From Clostridia bacterium (GTDB lineage Bacteria > Bacillota > Clostridia > UBA1381 > UMGS1253): DNA of 64,000 bases. The notes under the pieces are model-generated. The model did no database searches, was not told the DNA's origin, and saw only the letters and a program-made list of their open reading frames with translations. The position numbers and the translations under genes were made by a program. Below, piece by piece: positions 31,909-43,509 of the stretch. The DNA lies in assembly GCA_045636325.1 (NCBI GenBank), contig JAZTXH010000008.1, positions 63,099-127,098 of the forward strand, in the 5' to 3' direction. Within the stretch, counting starts at the first letter, position 1, and the number at the start of each line of letters is the position of its first letter.

Positions 31909-34320
31909 ATGAAATATAATTTTGACGAAATAGAAAAAAAGTGGCAAAAAAAATGGTATGAAGAAGAAACATTTAAATGTTCTAATGACTTATCAAAGCC
32001 TAAGTTTTATGGCCTTGTAGAATTTCCGTATCCGTCAGGCCACGGACTTCATGTTGGTCATCCCAGAGGTTATACAGCTCTTGATATTATTTCAAGAAAA
32101 AGGCGTCTTCAAGGATATAATGTATTATATCCTATGGGGTGGGATGCTTTTGGTTTGCCTACTGAAAACTTTGCGATGAAAAATCATATCCATCCTAAAA
32201 AGGTAACTGCAGACAATGTTGGCCATTTTAAAGAGCAGCTTCAGAGGCTAGGCTTTTCTTTTGACTGGTCTAAAGAAATAAACACTACAGATTCTGACTA
32301 TTATCATTGGACACAGTGGATTTTTTTGCAGCTTTTCAAAAAAGGTCTTGCATATAAGCAGGAAATGCCTATTAACTGGTGCACAAGCTGTAAAGTTGGT
32401 CTTTCTAATGAGGAAGTTGTTGACGGCGTTTGTGAAAGATGTGGCAGTGAAGTTGTTCAGAGAAGAAAAAGCCAGTGGATGCTTAAAATTACTGAATACG
32501 CACAGCGTCTGATTGATGACCTTGACGGGCTTGATTTTATTGAAAAGGTTAAAACACAGCAGAAAAACTGGATAGGCCGTTCTGAGGGGGCAGAGGTCAA
32601 ATTTAAAGTTGATAACACCGATGACGAGCTTATTGTATACACAACTCGTTGCGATACACTTTTTGGCGCAACATATGTGGTAATGTCACCTGAACACCCA
32701 TATATTGACTCATGGAAGGATAAAATTGAAAACTTCGATGAGGTTATGCAGTACAGAAAAGAAGCTGCAAAGAAAAGCGAATTCGAAAGAACAGAGCTTG
32801 CCAAGGATAAGACAGGTGTATGCATTAAAGGTGTATGGGCAATAAATCCTGTAAATAATGAAAAATTACCTGTTTGGGTTTCAGATTATGTATTAATGAC
32901 CTATGGTACAGGTGCTATTATGGCAGTTCCTGCTCACGACAGCCGTGACTGGGAATTTGCAAAAAAATTCGACCTTCCTATTATTGAAGTTGTTGCAGGC
33001 GGTAATGATGTTCAGGCAGAGGCTTATACTGATGTTTCAGAAGGTGTAATGGTTAACTCAGGTTTCCTTACGGGGCTTAGTGTTAAAGATGCTATTAAAA
33101 CTATGATAGATTATCTTGAAGAAAAAGGCCTTGGCGAAAGAAAGGTTAACTTTAAGCTTCGTGACTGGGTATTTTCACGTCAGCGTTATTGGGGGGAACC
33201 TATTCCGCTTGTAAACTGTGAAAAGTGCGGTTGGGTTTCAATAGGGGAGGAAAATCTTCCTCTTACTTTACCTGATTTAGAAGACTTTGAGCCGGCAGAT
33301 GACGGCGAATCTCCCTTGTCAAAAATGACCGCCTGGGTCAATACAACTTGTCCGGCATGTGGAGGGAAAGCAGTTCGTGAAACTGACACAATGCCACAGT
33401 GGGCAGGCTCTTCATGGTATTTCTTAAGATATATTGACCCCAAATGCCCTGATGGTATTGCAAAGGAAGACCTTTTGAAATACTGGCTTCCCGTTGACTG
33501 GTACAACGGAGGAATGGAGCATACTACACTTCATCTTTTGTACTCTCGTTTCTGGCACAAATTCCTTTATGACATTGATGCAGTGCCCACAAAAGAACCT
33601 TATCAGAAGAGAACATCTCATGGTATGATTTTGGGTGCAAACAATGAAAAGATGTCCAAGTCAAGAGGTAATGTTGTAAATCCGGATGATGTTGTGGCAC
33701 AGTTTGGTGCGGATACCTTCAGAACATATGAAATGTTTATAGGTGCTTTTGACCAAGCAACACCTTGGTCAGAACAGGGTGTTAAGGGTTGCTTTAAGTT
33801 CCTTGAAAGAGTTTGGAACCTTCAGAACTTTGTAACAGATGAAGAAGATTATTCAAATGATATGGAAACCAATATGCATAAGGCAGTTAAAAAGGTAAGT
33901 GAAGATATTGAACGTATGAAGTTTAATACTGCTATTGCAACTTTGATGAGTCTTGTAAATGATTTTACAAAGAAAACATCCGTTACAAAAGGAGAAATTA
34001 AAACTTTCCTTCAGCTTTTGAATCCTACAGCGCCTCATATTACAGAAGAAATGTGGCAGAATTTAGGTTTTGAAGGAGATGTTGCATCTTCCGTATGGCC
34101 TGAGTTTGATGAAGCTAAAACAATTGATAATGAAATTGAAATTGTTTTGCAGATTAACGGAAAGATTAAAGACAAGATGTTTATTCCTGCTGATTTTAAT
34201 AAAGATGCTACTGAACAGGCGGCATTACAGAGTGAAAAAATGAAAGCAGCTATTGAAGGTAAACAGATTGTAAAGAAAATTATTGTTCCGGGTAAGCTTG
34301 TAAATATTGTTGTAAAATAA
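31909..34320 (+). CDS. leuS: leucine--tRNA ligase
   Basis: FPYPSG-LHVGH and KMSKS class I motifs. Confidence 0.97.
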   Translation: MKYNFDEIEKKWQKKWYEEETFKCSNDLSKPKFYGLVEFPYPSGHGLHVGHPRGYTALDIISRKRRLQGYNVLYPMGWDAFGLPTENFAMKNHIHPKKVTADNVGHFKEQLQRLGFSFDWSKEINTTDSDYYHWTQWIFLQLFKKGLAYKQEMPINWCTSCKVGLSNEEVVDGVCERCGSEVVQRRKSQWMLKITEYAQRLIDDLDGLDFIEKVKTQQKNWIGRSEGAEVKFKVDNTDDELIVYTTRCDTLFGATYVVMSPEHPYIDSWKDKIENFDEVMQYRKEAAKKSEFERTELAKDKTGVCIKGVWAINPVNNEKLPVWVSDYVLMTYGTGAIMAVPAHDSRDWEFAKKFDLPIIEVVAGGNDVQAEAYTDVSEGVMVNSGFLTGLSVKDAIKTMIDYLEEKGLGERKVNFKLRDWVFSRQRYWGEPIPLVNCEKCGWVSIGEENLPLTLPDLEDFEPADDGESPLSKMTAWVNTTCPACGGKAVRETDTMPQWAGSSWYFLRYIDPKCPDGIAKEDLLKYWLPVDWYNGGMEHTTLHLLYSRFWHKFLYDIDAVPTKEPYQKRTSHGMILGANNEKMSKSRGNVVNPDDVVAQFGADTFRTYEMFIGAFDQATPWSEQGVKGCFKFLERVWNLQNFVTDEEDYSNDMETNMHKAVKKVSEDIERMKFNTAIATLMSLVNDFTKKTSVTKGEIKTFLQLLNPTAPHITEEMWQNLGFEGDVASSVWPEFDEAKTIDNEIEIVLQINGKIKDKMFIPADFNKDATEQAALQSEKMKAAIEGKQIVKKIIVPGKLVNIVVK

Positions 34321-34446
34321 ATTTTAAAACTCTGTATTTTGCTTAGATTTGCAATATACGGAGTTTTTTTCTGCAAATATGCTTGCATATATAGTAAAAA
34401 TGTGATAAAATACTATTCGTAAATTAAAAAAGGGGGGGAGAAAAAT

Positions 34447-35805
34447 ATGGAAAATAAAAAGAGAAGCAGTTTTACCGGTAAGCTGGGATTTGTTCTTGCG
34501 GCGGCAGGTTCAGCTGTTGGATTGGGAAATATATGGAGATTTCCGTACCTGGCGGCTAAATATGGTGGCGGGATTTTCCTTTTGGTGTATTTGATTTTAG
34601 CACTTACATTTGGTTTTGCGCTTATGACAGCTGAAATTGCCTTAGGCAGAAAAACGGGGTTAAGCGCAATTGGAGCATTTAAAGCTCTTAATAAAAAATT
34701 TGCCTTTGTTGGTTGGCTTACTGCTATTGTTCCCGCGATTATTTTGCCGTATTATTCAGTTATCGGCGGATGGGTGACAAAGTATTTATTTGCCTATATT
34801 GTCGGTAGTGGTGGTGAAGCGGCAGGGGATGCATTTTTTAGTGGATTCATTTCACAAACATTTGAGCCGGCTGTATGGTTTTTTATATTTATAGGCGTTA
34901 CAGCGCTTATAGTTCTTTTTGGTGTTGAGAAGGGTATCGAAAAGGTAAGCAAAATAATGATGCCGGTTTTGGTTGTGCTTTCTTTGGGTATTGCAATTTA
35001 TTCAGTGTGTTTGCCGGGGGCATGGGAAGGCGTTTTATATTATATTACTCCTGATTTCAGTAAATTTTCTGCAACGACTGTTTTGGCTGCAATGGGACAG
35101 CTTTTTTACTCAATGTCGCTTGCGATGGGCATTATGATTACATATGGCTCATATATGAAAAAAGATGTAAATCTTGAGTCATCTGTTACACAGATTGAAC
35201 TTTTTGATACAGGTATTGCATTTCTTGCGGGACTTATGATTATTCCGGCGGTATTTGTTTTCTCAGGTGGTACACCTGAAGCATTGGGAAAAGGCCCCAG
35301 CTTAATGTTTATTACACTACCCAAAGTATTTAATACTATGGCAGGTGGAACAGTTGTTGGTATAGCATTTTTCTTGCTTGTATTGTTTGCGGCGCTTACA
35401 TCATCAATTTCACTTATGGAAACTGTTGTTTCAATCATCAGTGACAAATTTAGAGTTGGAAGAAAGTTGTCGTGTTTGATTGTATTTCTGTTTTCTGTTG
35501 TTTTAGGTCTTTTGTCTTCGTTTGGATACGGAATATGGGAGAATGTTACAATTATAGGAATGCAGTTTTTGGATTTCTTTGATTTTATCAGTAACAGTGT
35601 TTTGATGCCGATTGTTGCTTTGTGTACTTGCATATTTGTAGGATATATTATAAAACCTCAGCCGATTATTGATGAGGTGGAGTTAAATAAAAAATTCTCA
35701 AGAAAAGGTGTCTTTTCATTTGTTATTAAATATCTTGCACCTGTTTGTATTGTGCTGATTTTAATAACTTCTGTGCTTGAGGGTATGGGTAAGTTTACAA
35801 TTTAA
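34447..35805 (+). CDS. NSS family sodium-dependent transporter
   Basis: GSAVGLGNIWRFPY signature; multiple TM helices. Confidence 0.93.
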   Translation: MENKKRSSFTGKLGFVLAAAGSAVGLGNIWRFPYLAAKYGGGIFLLVYLILALTFGFALMTAEIALGRKTGLSAIGAFKALNKKFAFVGWLTAIVPAIILPYYSVIGGWVTKYLFAYIVGSGGEAAGDAFFSGFISQTFEPAVWFFIFIGVTALIVLFGVEKGIEKVSKIMMPVLVVLSLGIAIYSVCLPGAWEGVLYYITPDFSKFSATTVLAAMGQLFYSMSLAMGIMITYGSYMKKDVNLESSVTQIELFDTGIAFLAGLMIIPAVFVFSGGTPEALGKGPSLMFITLPKVFNTMAGGTVVGIAFFLLVLFAALTSSISLMETVVSIISDKFRVGRKLSCLIVFLFSVVLGLLSSFGYGIWENVTIIGMQFLDFFDFISNSVLMPIVALCTCIFVGYIIKPQPIIDEVELNKKFSRKGVFSFVIKYLAPVCIVLILITSVLEGMGKFTI

Positions 35806-35870
35806 AATTAAAATCCTCATGCTTTAATGTGTGAGGATTTTTAATTAAGGTAATGAAAGGAATTCGAAAT

Positions 35871-36719
35871 ATGAACGAAATAAGTTTAAAGGCATATGCA
35901 AAATTAAATCTTTCGTTAGATGTTTGCGGCAGACTTGATAACGGATATCATGAAGTAGATATGCTTATGGTAACTTGTGACCTTTGCGATGAAATAATAA
36001 TTAAAAAAGCAGATAGCATTGTTTTAAACTGTAATATAAAAACTCTTTCTTGCGGAGAGGATAATATTATGGTTAAAGCGGCAAGGTTGTTTTTTGATTA
36101 TACAAAAATAAATGCCGGTTGTGAAATTAAACTTGAAAAAAGGATCCCTATTGCCGCCGGTATGGCAGGTGGAAGCACAGATGCGGCTGCCGTTTTAAAA
36201 GGATTAAATAAGTTGTATAATACAAAGCTTACTATAGACGAGCTTTGCGATTTGGGAGTTAAATTAGGGGCTGATGTGCCGTATTGTATACACAGTAAAA
36301 CAATGCGTTCGCAAGGAATAGGAGAAAAACTGGAATATATTGGCGAGATTAAAAATGCATATGTGGTGCTTGTTAAAACTAAGCAAGGTCTTTCAACAGC
36401 AGAGATTTACAAGGCAGTTGATGAACATCAAAATCTTGTAAAGCCTGATACAGAGCTTTTGATAAATTGTATAAAAGAAGGAAATATAAAAGGGCTTGCA
36501 AAGAATATGTGTAATGTTATGGAGCAAGTTAGCATAAAAAAGATTCCTGAAATTAGCAAAATTAAAGAGAGTTTGAAAGAGCTTGGTGCGATGGGCGTAT
36601 TGATGAGTGGCAGTGGACCTACGGTGTTTGGCATTTTTGAAAGCAGGGAAAAAGCAGATTATGTAGCAGAAAATATAGATAACAATGATTATTTTGTTTA
36701 TTCAGGAAAAATTTTATAA
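35871..36719 (+). CDS. ispE: 4-diphosphocytidyl-2C-methyl-D-erythritol kinase
   Basis: AKLNLSL, GYHE, IPIAAGMAGGSTDAA, MSGSGPTVF. Confidence 0.95.
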   Translation: MNEISLKAYAKLNLSLDVCGRLDNGYHEVDMLMVTCDLCDEIIIKKADSIVLNCNIKTLSCGEDNIMVKAARLFFDYTKINAGCEIKLEKRIPIAAGMAGGSTDAAAVLKGLNKLYNTKLTIDELCDLGVKLGADVPYCIHSKTMRSQGIGEKLEYIGEIKNAYVVLVKTKQGLSTAEIYKAVDEHQNLVKPDTELLINCIKEGNIKGLAKNMCNVMEQVSIKKIPEISKIKESLKELGAMGVLMSGSGPTVFGIFESREKADYVAENIDNNDYFVYSGKIL

Positions 36720-36726
36720 AAAGAAA

Positions 36727-36930
36727 TGGGCGGTGACAAAACAATTTTAAAAATTGGATTGTTCACAGCCTTTTTGGTTCTGCCTTTGTGTAAAAATGTA
36801 CGATAAAGCTCATATAAATCCATGTTTTTAATTATTTCATCACATAATCCTACGCTAATTGGTAGTTGAATATTTCTTTTTGTTGTGGCATAATTTCCTT
36901 GGTTTTATTTTTGGCAATTCAATTATATAA
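36727..36930 (-). pseudogene. probable IS1182-family transposase remnant
   Basis: Minus strand encodes broken MPQQKEIFNYQL* and SVGLCDEIIKNMDLYELYRTFLHKGR, followed by a GGCTGTGA/TCACCGCC hairpin; resembles clostridial IS1182 N-terminus and right end. Confidence 0.45.
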
Positions 36931-36991
36931 AAAAATGAGGATTTCTTTCAAATCGTCCTCATTTCTTATTCTTCAAGGATGTTATTTTGTA

Positions 36992-38077
36992 CTAATCCAA
37001 ATAATCTTTTAATTTTTTGCTTCTGCTTGGATGACGCAACTTCCTTAATGCTTTTGCTTCAATCTGTCTTATACGTTCACGCGTAACATTAAAACGATGG
37101 CCTACTTCTTCAAGTGTTCTTGCTCTTCCGTCAACAAGACCAAATCTTAGTTTTAATACTTTTGCTTCTCTGGGAGTAAGAGTGCCTAAAACTTCTAAAA
37201 GTTGTTCCTTTAAAAGAACAGAGCTTGCCGATTCGGATGGGGCAGGGGCATCATTATCAGGAATGAAGTCGCCTAAATGGCTGTCCTCTTCTTCACCAAT
37301 AGGAGTTTCTAGTGAAACAGGTTCTTGGGCTATTTTCATAATTTCTCTTACTTTATCAACGCTCATATTAAGCTCTTTTGAAATTTCTTCAGGAGAAGGT
37401 TCTCTTCCTAATTCTTGCAATAACTGACGTGATACACGAATAAGTTTATTAATTGTTTCTACCATATGAACAGGAATTCTTATAGTTCTTGCCTGATCTG
37501 CTATCGCACGTGTAATAGCCTGTCTTATCCACCATGTTGCATAAGTGGAAAACTTATATCCTTTTGTATAGTCAAATTTTTCAACAGCTTTAATAAGACC
37601 AAGATTACCTTCTTGGATAAGGTCAAGGAAAAGCATACCGCGCCCCACATAACGTTTTGCTATACTAACAACCAGTCGAAGATTTGCTTCAGCCAAACGG
37701 CGTTTTGCAGCGGAGTCGCCATCTGCCATACGTCTTGCAAGCTCGATTTCTTCATCGGTATCGAGAAGCGCAACCTTACCAATTTCCTTTAGATACATTT
37801 TAACATGGTCATCAATATTTATGCCCTCTGGCATTGTTAGGTCATTTATATCTTCTCCGGAAAGCTCGATTTCTTCCAATTCTTTATCAATATCGCCTAC
37901 GATTTCAACACCTGCTTTTTCAAGGGTTTCGTATACCTTATCAATTTGTTCAGGTGAAATTTCTATCTTTTCGAATGCATCCATAATTTCTTTGTGTGAT
38001 AGCATACCTGCCTGCTTTCCGCGTTCTAAAAGTTCCTTTGCTATTGATTTTTTGCTGATTTCAGTTATTTCGCTCAT
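36992..38077 (-). CDS. sigA: RNA polymerase primary sigma factor
   Basis: [37 protein letters not shown], region 4 HTH. Confidence 0.98.
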   Translation of the reverse strand: MSEITEISKKSIAKELLERGKQAGMLSHKEIMDAFEKIEISPEQIDKVYETLEKAGVEIVGDIDKELEEIELSGEDINDLTMPEGINIDDHVKMYLKEIGKVALLDTDEEIELARRMADGDSAAKRRLAEANLRLVVSIAKRYVGRGMLFLDLIQEGNLGLIKAVEKFDYTKGYKFSTYATWWIRQAITRAIADQARTIRIPVHMVETINKLIRVSRQLLQELGREPSPEEISKELNMSVDKVREIMKIAQEPVSLETPIGEEEDSHLGDFIPDNDAPAPSESASSVLLKEQLLEVLGTLTPREAKVLKLRFGLVDGRARTLEEVGHRFNVTRERIRQIEAKALRKLRHPSRSKKLKDYLD

Positions 38078-39920
38078 TAGGATGACTCTCCTTCCTGGTC
38101 TTTAGTGCTTTTTGTTCTAACAGAAACTTTGCCAAAATCTCAGGATTTTTTTCTGTTTTTAATTTGGCATTTATCTGCTCGAGTTTTATAGTACATATCA
38201 AATCTTCCACCGCAGCTGACTTGTCTTCATACTCTGAACGATCCATAATTATATTGCTTATATAATTTGTTTCCTCAGGAGAAAAATTAGAAAATAAAGT
38301 TACATTAGGTATTTCGCCTGATGCCCATGTTTTATAACATATTCCGGCTAGTTTTTTATGAACATCTATAGAATATGAATGCTCGCTTATTTCTTCGGAT
38401 GACCGTTTAGCGGCTGATTTTGAAGAATAAACTAACGCTAATAACCGTTTCTCTGCGTTAATAAGCTTTCCTGTTACCCGTTGAGGGGGAGGAGAAGATA
38501 CTTTTTTTTCGTTTTGATTAAAAACGGAATCTGACGGATTTGTGTTCACATTCATACTGCGTGGTACATCAGGTTTATTAATAATAACCTTTCTGCCTTC
38601 GCGTCCGATTTCAAATCTGTTTTTTACAGTTGAAAGTCTTTCGATTTCCAAGAGTAAAGATTGTTTCTGGATTCCATAATCATCAGAAAGCTTTTGAGCA
38701 TAAGCATCAATTTCTACCATGTTTCCTGTAGAAAGTAAAATTTTTGCAGCTTCGGTTATAAATATTATTTTTTCTTCTGTACTGTTATCTATATCATAAT
38801 CTTTCTTTAAAAGATTAAGTCTATATTCAGTTGCACCTGGTGCACTTTTCAAAAGCTTTAAAAAGCCTGAATTGCCACCGCTTTTTTTGATAAATTCATC
38901 AGGATCCTTTGCATCTGTGAGGGTTAATATTTTAACTCTTACAGATGTGTTTGCAAAGATGTTTATTGCACGTAACGTAGCTTTGGTGCCGGCTTCATCT
39001 GTATCATAACAAATGACTACTTCATTTGTATACCTGCTTATTAATTTTGCCTGCTGGTCTGTAAGAGCTGTGCCTAGCGAGGCAATTGCGTTGGTTATTC
39101 CTGACTGATGAAGGGCGATAACATCCATATAACCTTCCGCTAGTATCAGACATTGCTTTGCATTGGATTTTGCAAAATTCAATGCAAATAAATTCTGACT
39201 TTTATTAAAGGCGGGAGTGTCAGGGGAGTTAAGATACTTGGGTTTTGAATCATCCAAAACTCTTCCGCCAAAGGCAATTACGTTGCCCCGCAGGTCAATA
39301 ATCGGATACATAACCCTGTTTCGGAATTTATCAATATACTGATTATTTTTTATAATTGCAAGGCCAAAGTCAAGCAAATCGTTTTTTTCATAACCATATT
39401 TTGAAAGATATTTTATAAGTGCATCTTTTGTATCAGGCGCATAGCCTAATCCGAAATGTACTATGGTTTGCATTGTAAATCCGCGGTTATTCATAAAATA
39501 CTCAAGACCGGATTTTCCTGACTTGCTCACAAGATTATCATAAAAGAATTTCGCTGCAAGTTTATTTGCAGATAAATTCTGTTGACGTTTTTTATGTTCT
39601 TTATCAACATATGTGTTTTGAGAGCTTGCCTCTGGAAGTGGCATACCGGCACGGTCAGCAAGGAATTTTAAACTCTCTATAAAATCAAGGTTTTCCATTT
39701 GCATCACAAACTGAACTGCTGTTCCGCCAACACCGCAACCGAAACAATGATAAAGCTGCTTGTTTGCAGAAACATGAAAAGAAGGTGTTTTTTCATTGTG
39801 AAACGGACAAAGTCCCGTAAATCCATTGCCATTTCTTTTAAGCTGTGTATAAGACGAAACAATGTCTACAATATCATTTGCCGAAATAACCTCTTGCACA
39901 ATATCATCTGAATAGAACAA
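38061..39920 (-). CDS. dnaG: DNA primase
   Basis: [11 protein letters not shown]...CFGC Zn finger, EGYMDVI, YDTDEAG, KDPDE. Confidence 0.97.
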   Translation of the reverse strand: MFYSDDIVQEVISANDIVDIVSSYTQLKRNGNGFTGLCPFHNEKTPSFHVSANKQLYHCFGCGVGGTAVQFVMQMENLDFIESLKFLADRAGMPLPEASSQNTYVDKEHKKRQQNLSANKLAAKFFYDNLVSKSGKSGLEYFMNNRGFTMQTIVHFGLGYAPDTKDALIKYLSKYGYEKNDLLDFGLAIIKNNQYIDKFRNRVMYPIIDLRGNVIAFGGRVLDDSKPKYLNSPDTPAFNKSQNLFALNFAKSNAKQCLILAEGYMDVIALHQSGITNAIASLGTALTDQQAKLISRYTNEVVICYDTDEAGTKATLRAINIFANTSVRVKILTLTDAKDPDEFIKKSGGNSGFLKLLKSAPGATEYRLNLLKKDYDIDNSTEEKIIFITEAAKILLSTGNMVEIDAYAQKLSDDYGIQKQSLLLEIERLSTVKNRFEIGREGRKVIINKPDVPRSMNVNTNPSDSVFNQNEKKVSSPPPQRVTGKLINAEKRLLALVYSSKSAAKRSSEEISEHSYSIDVHKKLAGICYKTWASGEIPNVTLFSNFSPEETNYISNIIMDRSEYEDKSAAVEDLICTIKLEQINAKLKTEKNPEILAKFLLEQKALKTRKESHPNERNN

Positions 39921-40101
39921 GAAACTTCGCTCCTTAAACTGAACATATAATAAAAATATCTATATATACATTATTCGACACAAATTGAAAAAATCCTTTT
40001 TAAAAAAAGTATTTTATACATTATATTGTGTAAAAAAATATTTTTTATGCAAAAAGCACCAAATATATTAACATATGACCGTTTGAATTATACATAAAAC
40101 A

Positions 40102-41094
40102 CTACCAGTTTCTTGGTATAAAAATCGAATTGTAAAGTGAGACAGCGTAAGGGTCACTCATACCAGATATGTAGTCACAAATTACTCTTTCGACAGAATA
40201 ATTGTTTAAATATTTTTTATATTCCGCAGGAAGTTTATTTGTATTTTTTAAAAAGTATTCAAATAGAGAGGTAATCAGATGTATTCCTTTTTGTTCTTCA
40301 GTGCGCTTTTCTTCGCTGTTATATACATTTTCAAAAAGGAAATTTCGCAAGCCATACATCGCATTTTCTACTTCAGGTGACATACAGATATTATTTTTCT
40401 GAGCAGAACAATTAATAATATCAAAAATTAATGCGTTTATTCTGGTGCCGTGATGATTTCCAAGGATTTCTGTACATTCCTTGGGTAAATTAGATTCTTT
40501 TATTATCCCTCCGCGGATAGAATCGTCAATATCATGATTAATGTATGCAAATTTATCAGCAAATTTTAAAATTTTTCCTTCCAGTGTGCTTGGATAGCAC
40601 TTGCCAGTGTGGTTTGCAATTCCATCCCGAACTTCCCAAGTTAAATTAAGGCCGCTACCACCTTCGAGCACTTCAACGATTCTAAGGCTCTGCTGATAGT
40701 GAGAAAACCCCTCACTGCATAATGCATTTAAAGCTTCTTCGCCTTTATGTCCGAAAGGAGTATGACCTAAATCATGGCCAAGACTCATGGCTTCAGTTAA
40801 ATCTTCATTAAGGCAAAGACTTCTTGCAATAGTTCTTGCAATCTGGCTGACTTCAAGAGTATGTGTTAGACGAGTTCTGTAATGGTCACCACGAGGAGCA
40901 ATAAAAACCTGAGTTTTATGCTTCAAGCGCCTGAATGCTTTACAGTGAACAATCCTATCACGATCACGTTGAAATTCTGTTCTTAAAGGGCAAGGCTCAA
41001 TAGGATAAACACGCCCTCTTGTTTCAGATGACAGAACAGCAAATTCCGAAAGTGTTTGTTTTTCTCGTTGCTCAAGCATTTCACGGATACTCAT
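40102..41094 (-). CDS. deoxyguanosinetriphosphate triphosphohydrolase-like protein
   Basis: RTEFQRDRDRI, KHKTQVF, RTRLTHTLEV, GHDLGHTPFGH. Confidence 0.93.
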   Translation of the reverse strand: MSIREMLEQREKQTLSEFAVLSSETRGRVYPIEPCPLRTEFQRDRDRIVHCKAFRRLKHKTQVFIAPRGDHYRTRLTHTLEVSQIARTIARSLCLNEDLTEAMSLGHDLGHTPFGHKGEEALNALCSEGFSHYQQSLRIVEVLEGGSGLNLTWEVRDGIANHTGKCYPSTLEGKILKFADKFAYINHDIDDSIRGGIIKESNLPKECTEILGNHHGTRINALIFDIINCSAQKNNICMSPEVENAMYGLRNFLFENVYNSEEKRTEEQKGIHLITSLFEYFLKNTNKLPAEYKKYLNNYSVERVICDYISGMSDPYAVSLYNSIFIPRNW

Positions 41095-41252
41095 AAAATT
41101 AACCTCGTTTTTACAGTTTATTATATTGTATAGATACGCCAAAAAGGTGTAAAATCCTTTTATTTTAACAAAAAACATTTAAATAATAAAAAAAACGCTT
41201 GATTTTTCATATAGCGTATGGTATAATAATTTCGTTTAAAAATCAAAAATTT

Positions 41253-41328
41253 GCTGGAATAACTCAGTCGGTAGAGTACCTCACTCGTAATGAGGAAGTC
41301 GTGGGTTCAAGTCCCATTTCCAGCTCCA
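41253..41328 (+). tRNA. tRNA-Thr(CGT)
   Basis: Cloverleaf GCTGGAA/TTCCAGC, anticodon arm CCTCA-CT CGT AA-TGAGG, GTTCAAGTC, 3' CCA. Confidence 0.96.
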
Positions 41329-41428
41329 CAAAGGAGACCATCTAAAGGAGGCTTTAGTAATGGTTTTTTTTGTTAATAACTATACAAGGAAGATTTCACT
41401 AAAATATAACAACCTTAATCATCCATAA

Positions 41429-41562
41429 ATGTTAAAAGAAGCGAAAAACAATCCTGAAAAATACCCAAATCTACAAGTAAGAGTTTGCGGATGAAATTCG
41501 CTTTTTCTAATTTTTCCAAAGACGCACAGAATGAATTTATATTAAGGCAGAAATATAATTTA
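41429..41562 (+). pseudogene. C-terminal remnant of a glycyl-radical enzyme (PFL-like)
   Basis: MLKEAKNNPEKYPNLQVRVCG*NSLF, then after a frameshift NFSKDAQNEFILR; W codon changed to TGA at 41492. Confidence 0.8.
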
Positions 41563-41599
41563 AAAACGAAGTATGTGAGTTTGCATACTTCGTTTTTAT

Positions 41600-42550
41600 T
41601 TAAAGCTTATATCCGAATTTTTTAACAAAGTCTATATCTTTTATTATAAATGATTGATTGTTTAAATATTCAAGGATGCCCGCGTTTGATGAAAATTTAA
41701 AAGATAGCTTATATGAGCACAAAGCTTGATATTTATAATCAAATGTTTTATTCTTGTTTCTGTCACCGTATTTTTCGTCACCAACCAAGGGATGACCAAT
41801 ATGTGCAAGATGTGCTCTTATCTGGTGAGTTCTTCCTGTAATAAGGTTTATTTCAGCAAGACTTATTCCGTCTCTGTAAGAAAGTATTCTGTAGCCCGTT
41901 TTAATTTCCTTTGTCTTATCAGAAGGCTTGTTAAATATCTTTACCGATTTATCCTTCCTTTCAAGGTAGCCAGAAAGAATGTCATTGATTTTTTCAAATT
42001 TGCCGAATGCAAGACACAGATAACGTTTTTTTATTTCACGGTTTTTTATTTTTTCATTTAAAACTCTGAGGGTTTGAGCATTTTTGGCTCCTATAACTAT
42101 GCCTTGTGTATTTCGGTCTATTCTGTTGGCAAGAGAAGGGGCAAAGGTGTTTTCTTCTTTAGGATTATATTCACCTTTATTATAAAGATAACTTTGAATT
42201 CTGTCTATCAAAGTATCGCCCGAATTTGTTTCATCTTTGTGAACAACAAGACCTGCCGGCTTATTAACAAGTATTATATTTTCATCTTCATATATAATAT
42301 TCAAATCTGCTTTTATAGGAATAAAAGCTTCTTGTTTTTTCTTTTCAAAAAACTCTTCGCTTATATATAATTTTAAAATGTCACCTTCGTTTAATTTTTC
42401 GCTTTCTTTTATATGTTTGCCATTAAGTTTAACACATTTTTTTCTGATATATTTATATAAAAGACTTTGAGGCATATCAGGAAAACGTTTGTTCATAAAT
42501 TTGTCAAGGCGCTGACCTGAATCGTTTTTGTTTATAATTATTTCTCTCAA
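41600..42550 (-). CDS. RluA/RluD family pseudouridine synthase
   Basis: S4 domain QRLDKF, NKPAGLVVH, NRIDRNTQG, TGRTHQIR. Confidence 0.94.
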   Translation of the reverse strand: MREIIINKNDSGQRLDKFMNKRFPDMPQSLLYKYIRKKCVKLNGKHIKESEKLNEGDILKLYISEEFFEKKKQEAFIPIKADLNIIYEDENIILVNKPAGLVVHKDETNSGDTLIDRIQSYLYNKGEYNPKEENTFAPSLANRIDRNTQGIVIGAKNAQTLRVLNEKIKNREIKKRYLCLAFGKFEKINDILSGYLERKDKSVKIFNKPSDKTKEIKTGYRILSYRDGISLAEINLITGRTHQIRAHLAHIGHPLVGDEKYGDRNKNKTFDYKYQALCSYKLSFKFSSNAGILEYLNNQSFIIKDIDFVKKFGYKL

Positions 42551-42719
42551 GATATAAATCCCCTTAGTGTAATTTATCTACAATTATATATAATAATAAC
42601 ATAATTGTCAACTATGTATATAAACAAAATATTATCTTAATGTCTGTATTTTGTTTTCAAAATAAATGTAGACTTTTATTAAAAAATATGCTACAATGGT
42701 TACGATTGGAGATGTGTGT

Positions 42720-43199
42720 ATGAAGGCAAATTATAAAACAAATGCAATGAGAATTCTTGACAGTGTAAAGATTATATATAAAGTCCATCATTACAGTGAT
42801 GACGATGAATTTAAAGATGGTGTTACAATAGCTGGGATAATGAGGCAGGATGTTAAAAGTGTTTTTAAAACTCTTGTTACGGTTGCGCCGTCAAAACAGT
42901 ATTATGTGTTTGTTGTTCCGGTTGCGAAAGAATTAAATTTAAAAGCAGCTGCAAAAGCGGTTAGGGAAAAAAGCGTTGAAATGATAAAGGTGGCAGATAT
43001 TACAAAAGTAACAGGATATGTTCGGGGCGGTTGTAGTCCAATTGGAATGAAGAAGGAATATAAAACAGTTATTGATAAATCAGCCTTGGCTCAGGAGACA
43101 ATTTTTATCAGCGCAGGTAAAAGGGGATATCAGCTTGAAATTTCTCTTGCTGAATTAAAAAAAATTGTAGATTATGATATATGTGATTTAATATTATAA
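42720..43199 (+). CDS. ybaK: Cys-tRNA(Pro) deacylase YbaK/EbsC
   Basis: KTNAMRIL, VFKTLV, TGYVRGGCSPIG, SAGKRG. Confidence 0.92.
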   Translation: MKANYKTNAMRILDSVKIIYKVHHYSDDDEFKDGVTIAGIMRQDVKSVFKTLVTVAPSKQYYVFVVPVAKELNLKAAAKAVREKSVEMIKVADITKVTGYVRGGCSPIGMKKEYKTVIDKSALAQETIFISAGKRGYQLEISLAELKKIVDYDICDLIL

Positions 43200-43240
43200 A
43201 ACTGAAAATTTATAAATTATATTGTGTGAACAAAAGATAA

Positions 43241-43277
43241 AAATAACCCCACAACCTTGATGGTTGTGGGGTTATTT
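43241..43277. terminator. bidirectional terminator (original rpsI/ybaK terminator)
   Basis: AAATAACCCCACAACC/GGTTGTGGGGTTATTT inverted repeat next to the duplicated rpsI 3' end. Confidence 0.8.
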
Positions 43278-43283
43278 AGATAA

Positions 43284-43297
43284 AATAATTATCTCTT
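43284..43297. repeat. att core, integrase-proximal junction
   Basis: AATAATTATCTCTT, identical to 52663-52676. Confidence 0.9.
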
Positions 43298-43433
43298 TGA
43301 GTTTCCATAACACTTAAAATATAGATTGATATAATTTATATTGTTTAATATCGTGCTATATCTCATATTTGCCCGTTTATAATTCCTCAAAACTTTTATA
43401 TTATCTCTTAAAATCCATAACTTTTATATAATT

Positions 43434-43466
43434 TTGTGGTAAAGTTGTGGTAAGTTTGTGGGATAA
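43434..43466. repeat. putative integrase arm-type sites (3 x 11 bp)
   Basis: TTGTGGTAAAG TTGTGGTAAGT TTGTGGGATAA; the same motif occurs at the other end. Confidence 0.75.
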
Positions 43467-43509
43467 GATTATGTAATCTATGTGTTGTTCTTTCTTAGTT
43501 TCACTGCTT

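Noticed and set aside
41492-41494. TGA at a conserved Trp position as evidence of recoding
   Set aside because: Other genes use TGG for Trp and TGA as stop (e.g. pyrB, obgE), and a frameshift follows, so pseudogenisation is the simpler explanation.
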